Positions 61,636 to 63,927 of a DNA stretch of 63,927 nt are shown one piece after another. The translations under genes were made by a program, and so were the position numbers. Every line of letters begins with the position of its first letter. The stretch's first letter is position 1. Source of the DNA: a virus (lineage: Duplodnaviria > Caudoviricetes); the IMG/VR virus record IMGVR_UViG_3300048587_000084, positions 1 to 63,927 of that record; one strand, 5' to 3'. Below the pieces are notes generated by a model. That model ran no database searches, was not told the DNA's origin, and saw nothing but the letters and a program-made list of their open reading frames with translations.

Positions 61636-63153
61636 TTATGCCGCGATCACGGTGCGGATGTGCCCGGATGGGTAAATGGTCGTCGCCGCGATGCCGGTAA
61701 ACGTGACTTGAAGCGCGCCGTTTGTCGTGTCAGCAGTGCAGGTCACACCGGGCGATCCGCCCGACAGGTCGGAGCCGAAAGTGGTCGTCACGTTGGTCCC
61801 AACGATTGCAGTTGCCGCCGCATTCGCCCCGCGCCGGATTGTGCCCTGCACTTTCCAGCTCGCGGATTTAAGCGAGGCATCGTGCGCCACGACATCGACC
61901 TCGAAAAACATACTGGAGTTATTCGGTAGCACCATCTGATTGGTTGCACTTGCAGCGCCCGCGTCGGACGTCATTACCGTTGCAGTGGCGTCGGTGCGGG
62001 CCGCGCAGGAGATCGGCAACACCATTGTCTGCCGGTCGCCAGCGGCAGATCGCTGGACCGACGAATATGACCCGGCGCCATAAATGCCGCGCGTAGTGCC
62101 GCGTGCGCCGCCAGGAATCCAGGAGTCTTGCCCGGTGACTTGGTTAAACCGCCCGCCGGCTGCTGTCGCGCCAGTTGCCGACGCCAAATTGTTGATTCCG
62201 CCGCCCACAGTTGAGTTTGTCCCGGACGCTGTGTGCTGCTCGCCGCCAGCGATCACAGACTGCGCGCCGCTCGCGACTTGGGCTGCCGCATTCCGCGCTT
62301 GCTGCCAGTCGACTGCGCGAGTGCCTCGTTTGTTGCCGGCAGCAGTGGTCGCGTCTGGTATTTGCGCTAGCAGCGCGCCAGTCCCCTTCGGAATCAGCGC
62401 GGCGTCAACATTCGTCGCCGCGTTGTTTGCAGTAAATGATGCAACTGGCACCGTTGAGTTTGGCGCTGACGTGTTTTCGGCGGCAGTAAATCCGGTTATT
62501 GACGCGGCTGGCGTCCCACCCACCGCCGTCGACCCCACGCGGCGGATGTACTCGCCATCAGCGACAGCGCCGAGTGTGAGCAGCGTCGGGCCAGATGTCT
62601 CGCGTAGGCCGGATGCGGTGCGGTCGTCTGTCCCCTGCGCTGCCGTCGCATAGCGCGTGTCGGCATCGCCGCGAGTCGGGATCGATGTCGAGGCGCCGAC
62701 GCCGATTGCGCGCGAAACTACCGTGCTGCCGTTGCCCTCAAGTAGGCCGGTTAGATCGGTTGCGGTCGCGACGGTGACGGAGTTTGGGCCAGTCGCGCCC
62801 GTTGCGCCTGCTGCCCCGGTAGCGCCTGCTGCGCCAGTCGGGCCGGTTGGACCTGCTGCGCCTGCGTCGCCCTGCGGGCCTGTTGGGCCAGTTGGGCCGG
62901 CAGCACCATTGGCACCGGCAGCGCCGGTTGGACCAGTCGGGCCGGCAACGCCAGCGTCACCTTGAGGGCCGGTCGGGCCGATGGACCCGGTCGGGCCTGC
63001 GGGTCCGGTGGGGCCGGCTGGGCCAGTTGGTCCGGTTGGTCCGACGGGACCGGTTGGTCCGATTGCGCCAACACCACCCTCGCTAAGTAATACCTCGCGT
63101 GCAACCGTAACCGCGAGCGTCGCCCCGCGCACGGTGATGTTGATCGTGCTCAT
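61636..63153 (-). CDS. collagen-like tail fibre
   Basis: long G-X-Y (GPT/GPA) run, then Gly-rich beta-roll repeats (SVIAGG, STVGGG). Confidence 0.82.
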   Translation of the reverse strand: MSTINITVRGATLAVTVAREVLLSEGGVGAIGPTGPVGPTGPTGPAGPTGPAGPTGSIGPTGPQGDAGVAGPTGPTGAAGANGAAGPTGPTGPQGDAGAAGPTGPTGAAGATGAAGATGATGPNSVTVATATDLTGLLEGNGSTVVSRAIGVGASTSIPTRGDADTRYATAAQGTDDRTASGLRETSGPTLLTLGAVADGEYIRRVGSTAVGGTPAASITGFTAAENTSAPNSTVPVASFTANNAATNVDAALIPKGTGALLAQIPDATTAAGNKRGTRAVDWQQARNAAAQVASGAQSVIAGGEQHTASGTNSTVGGGINNLASATGATAAGGRFNQVTGQDSWIPGGARGTTRGIYGAGSYSSVQRSAAGDRQTMVLPISCAARTDATATVMTSDAGAASATNQMVLPNNSSMFFEVDVVAHDASLKSASWKVQGTIRRGANAAATAIVGTNVTTTFGSDLSGGSPGVTCTADTTNGALQVTFTGIAATTIYPSGHIRTVIAA

Positions 63154-63581
63154 CGGGTCGTGTCCGGCTGCACTTCAAATCGCCCACCGAACGGCGTGAT
63201 GACAACGCCACTCGCCCAGGTAATCTGCTGGTCATACCAGCGCTTGATGTTTCTGCGCTCCGACGCCGGGCACAGTGCATTGGTCAGAGCCGGCGGCATC
63301 TGCTCCCACCGCCACGCGCCAGCCGCCGCATCTGTGATGGTGATCTCGAACTCCGGAACCCCACCAGGCGCAGCCGGAGCCCCGCTGGTTCGCCCGACCG
63401 CAAGCACAGCCCCGGCGATCGCGTCTCGGAACTGCACGTAGATCTCCGCTCCCGTGAGATCGACGGGCGTTCCATCGTCGTTCGTCCAGACGTGCTCGAC
63501 AATCGGGTACGTATCGCCGCGCACGCATACCAGCGCCGGGTCGACCTCGGCAACGAAGTGCACCATGTCCATTACCAACAC
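63150..63581 (-). CDS. BppU-N-like tail protein
   Basis: RGDTY...PVDLTGAEI...WYDQQIT. Confidence 0.7.
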   Translation of the reverse strand: MLVMDMVHFVAEVDPALVCVRGDTYPIVEHVWTNDDGTPVDLTGAEIYVQFRDAIAGAVLAVGRTSGAPAAPGGVPEFEITITDAAAGAWRWEQMPPALTNALCPASERRNIKRWYDQQITWASGVVITPFGGRFEVQPDTTR

Positions 63582-63800
63582 GCCCTTGTGCGCTGCCCGC
63601 GCACCTGTTGTCGGATGCGCAGCGAGTGCGCAGTCACTGGTGGACCGAAGTGGGTTTCAAACTGCTCCAGGTGCATTGCAGCGCGTCGCAGGTCGCCAGC
63701 ATCTGCATCGCGCGTCAGGAATGCCCAGTAGGCGGCCCAGTGCACCAGCTGCAGGTGCATGTGCGACGGCACGCCAACTGGCACACCGGTCGCGCCACTC
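63572..63800 (-). CDS. 3' part of the head-tail adaptor-like protein (continues from 1..434)
   Basis: HLQLVHWAAYWAFLTRDAD...FETHFG. Confidence 0.75.
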
Positions 63801-63927
63801 ACGGTCAGCTGCTCTGCCGTGGTCGGCACGCGGTAGCCGTGCAGCGTGAGCGTGCCTGCAGCGTCCGGCACTGGCGCTACGGTGTAGCTGTCGCTGGCGA
63901 TGTCGACGATGATGCGGCGGGTGATGC
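63801..63927. repeat. copy of bases 1-127
   Basis: exact match. Confidence 0.97.

Noticed and set aside
62785-63075. Repeat array resembling CRISPR or a tandem DNA repeat
   Set aside because: It is collagen G-X-Y coding sequence with no constant repeat and unique spacers. No CRISPR array or cas gene was seen in the window.
63801-63927. 127-bp terminal repeat as a biological direct terminal repeat
   Set aside because: The length equals a common assembler k-mer and it falls mid-gene, so it is best read as a circular-assembly overlap.

Overview
This window appears to be a complete, circularly assembled temperate phage genome of about 63.8 kb. Bases 1-127 repeat exactly at 63801-63927, and one gene reads through that join. 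It is GC-rich and podovirus-like, resembling the F116/933W/Bcep22 type, so the host is probably a GC-rich proteobacterium (inference). The minus strand carries a Cro-like gene, a replication initiator, a Q-like antiterminator, an initiator tRNA-Met, the lysis cassette, terminases, portal, an N4-gp56-type capsid, tail genes, and a 5138-aa DarB-like polyvalent protein followed by rha. The plus strand carries a CI-like repressor and an early operon with rdgC, a SleB-like hydrolase, a DUF2829/Tad2-like gene, a Xis-like gene, a lambda-type integrase, and an attP built on the 3' half of tRNA-Thr(CGT). Most notable observations: (1) protein-like genes nested in the +1 frame of the giant gene, beside its enzymatic modules; (2) a separate orphan copy of the giant protein's C-terminus, about 66% identical by hand alignment; (3) attP lying inside an open reading frame; (4) a CsrA-fold gene with twin hairpins just upstream of the capsid start; (5) a single base that removes both a stop codon and a start codon at the SleB/Tad2 junction; (6) a secreted cargo gene in the slot where 933W-type phages carry stx; (7) an inverted heptamer array at terS. 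All family calls come from motif recognition by eye. No database searches were run.
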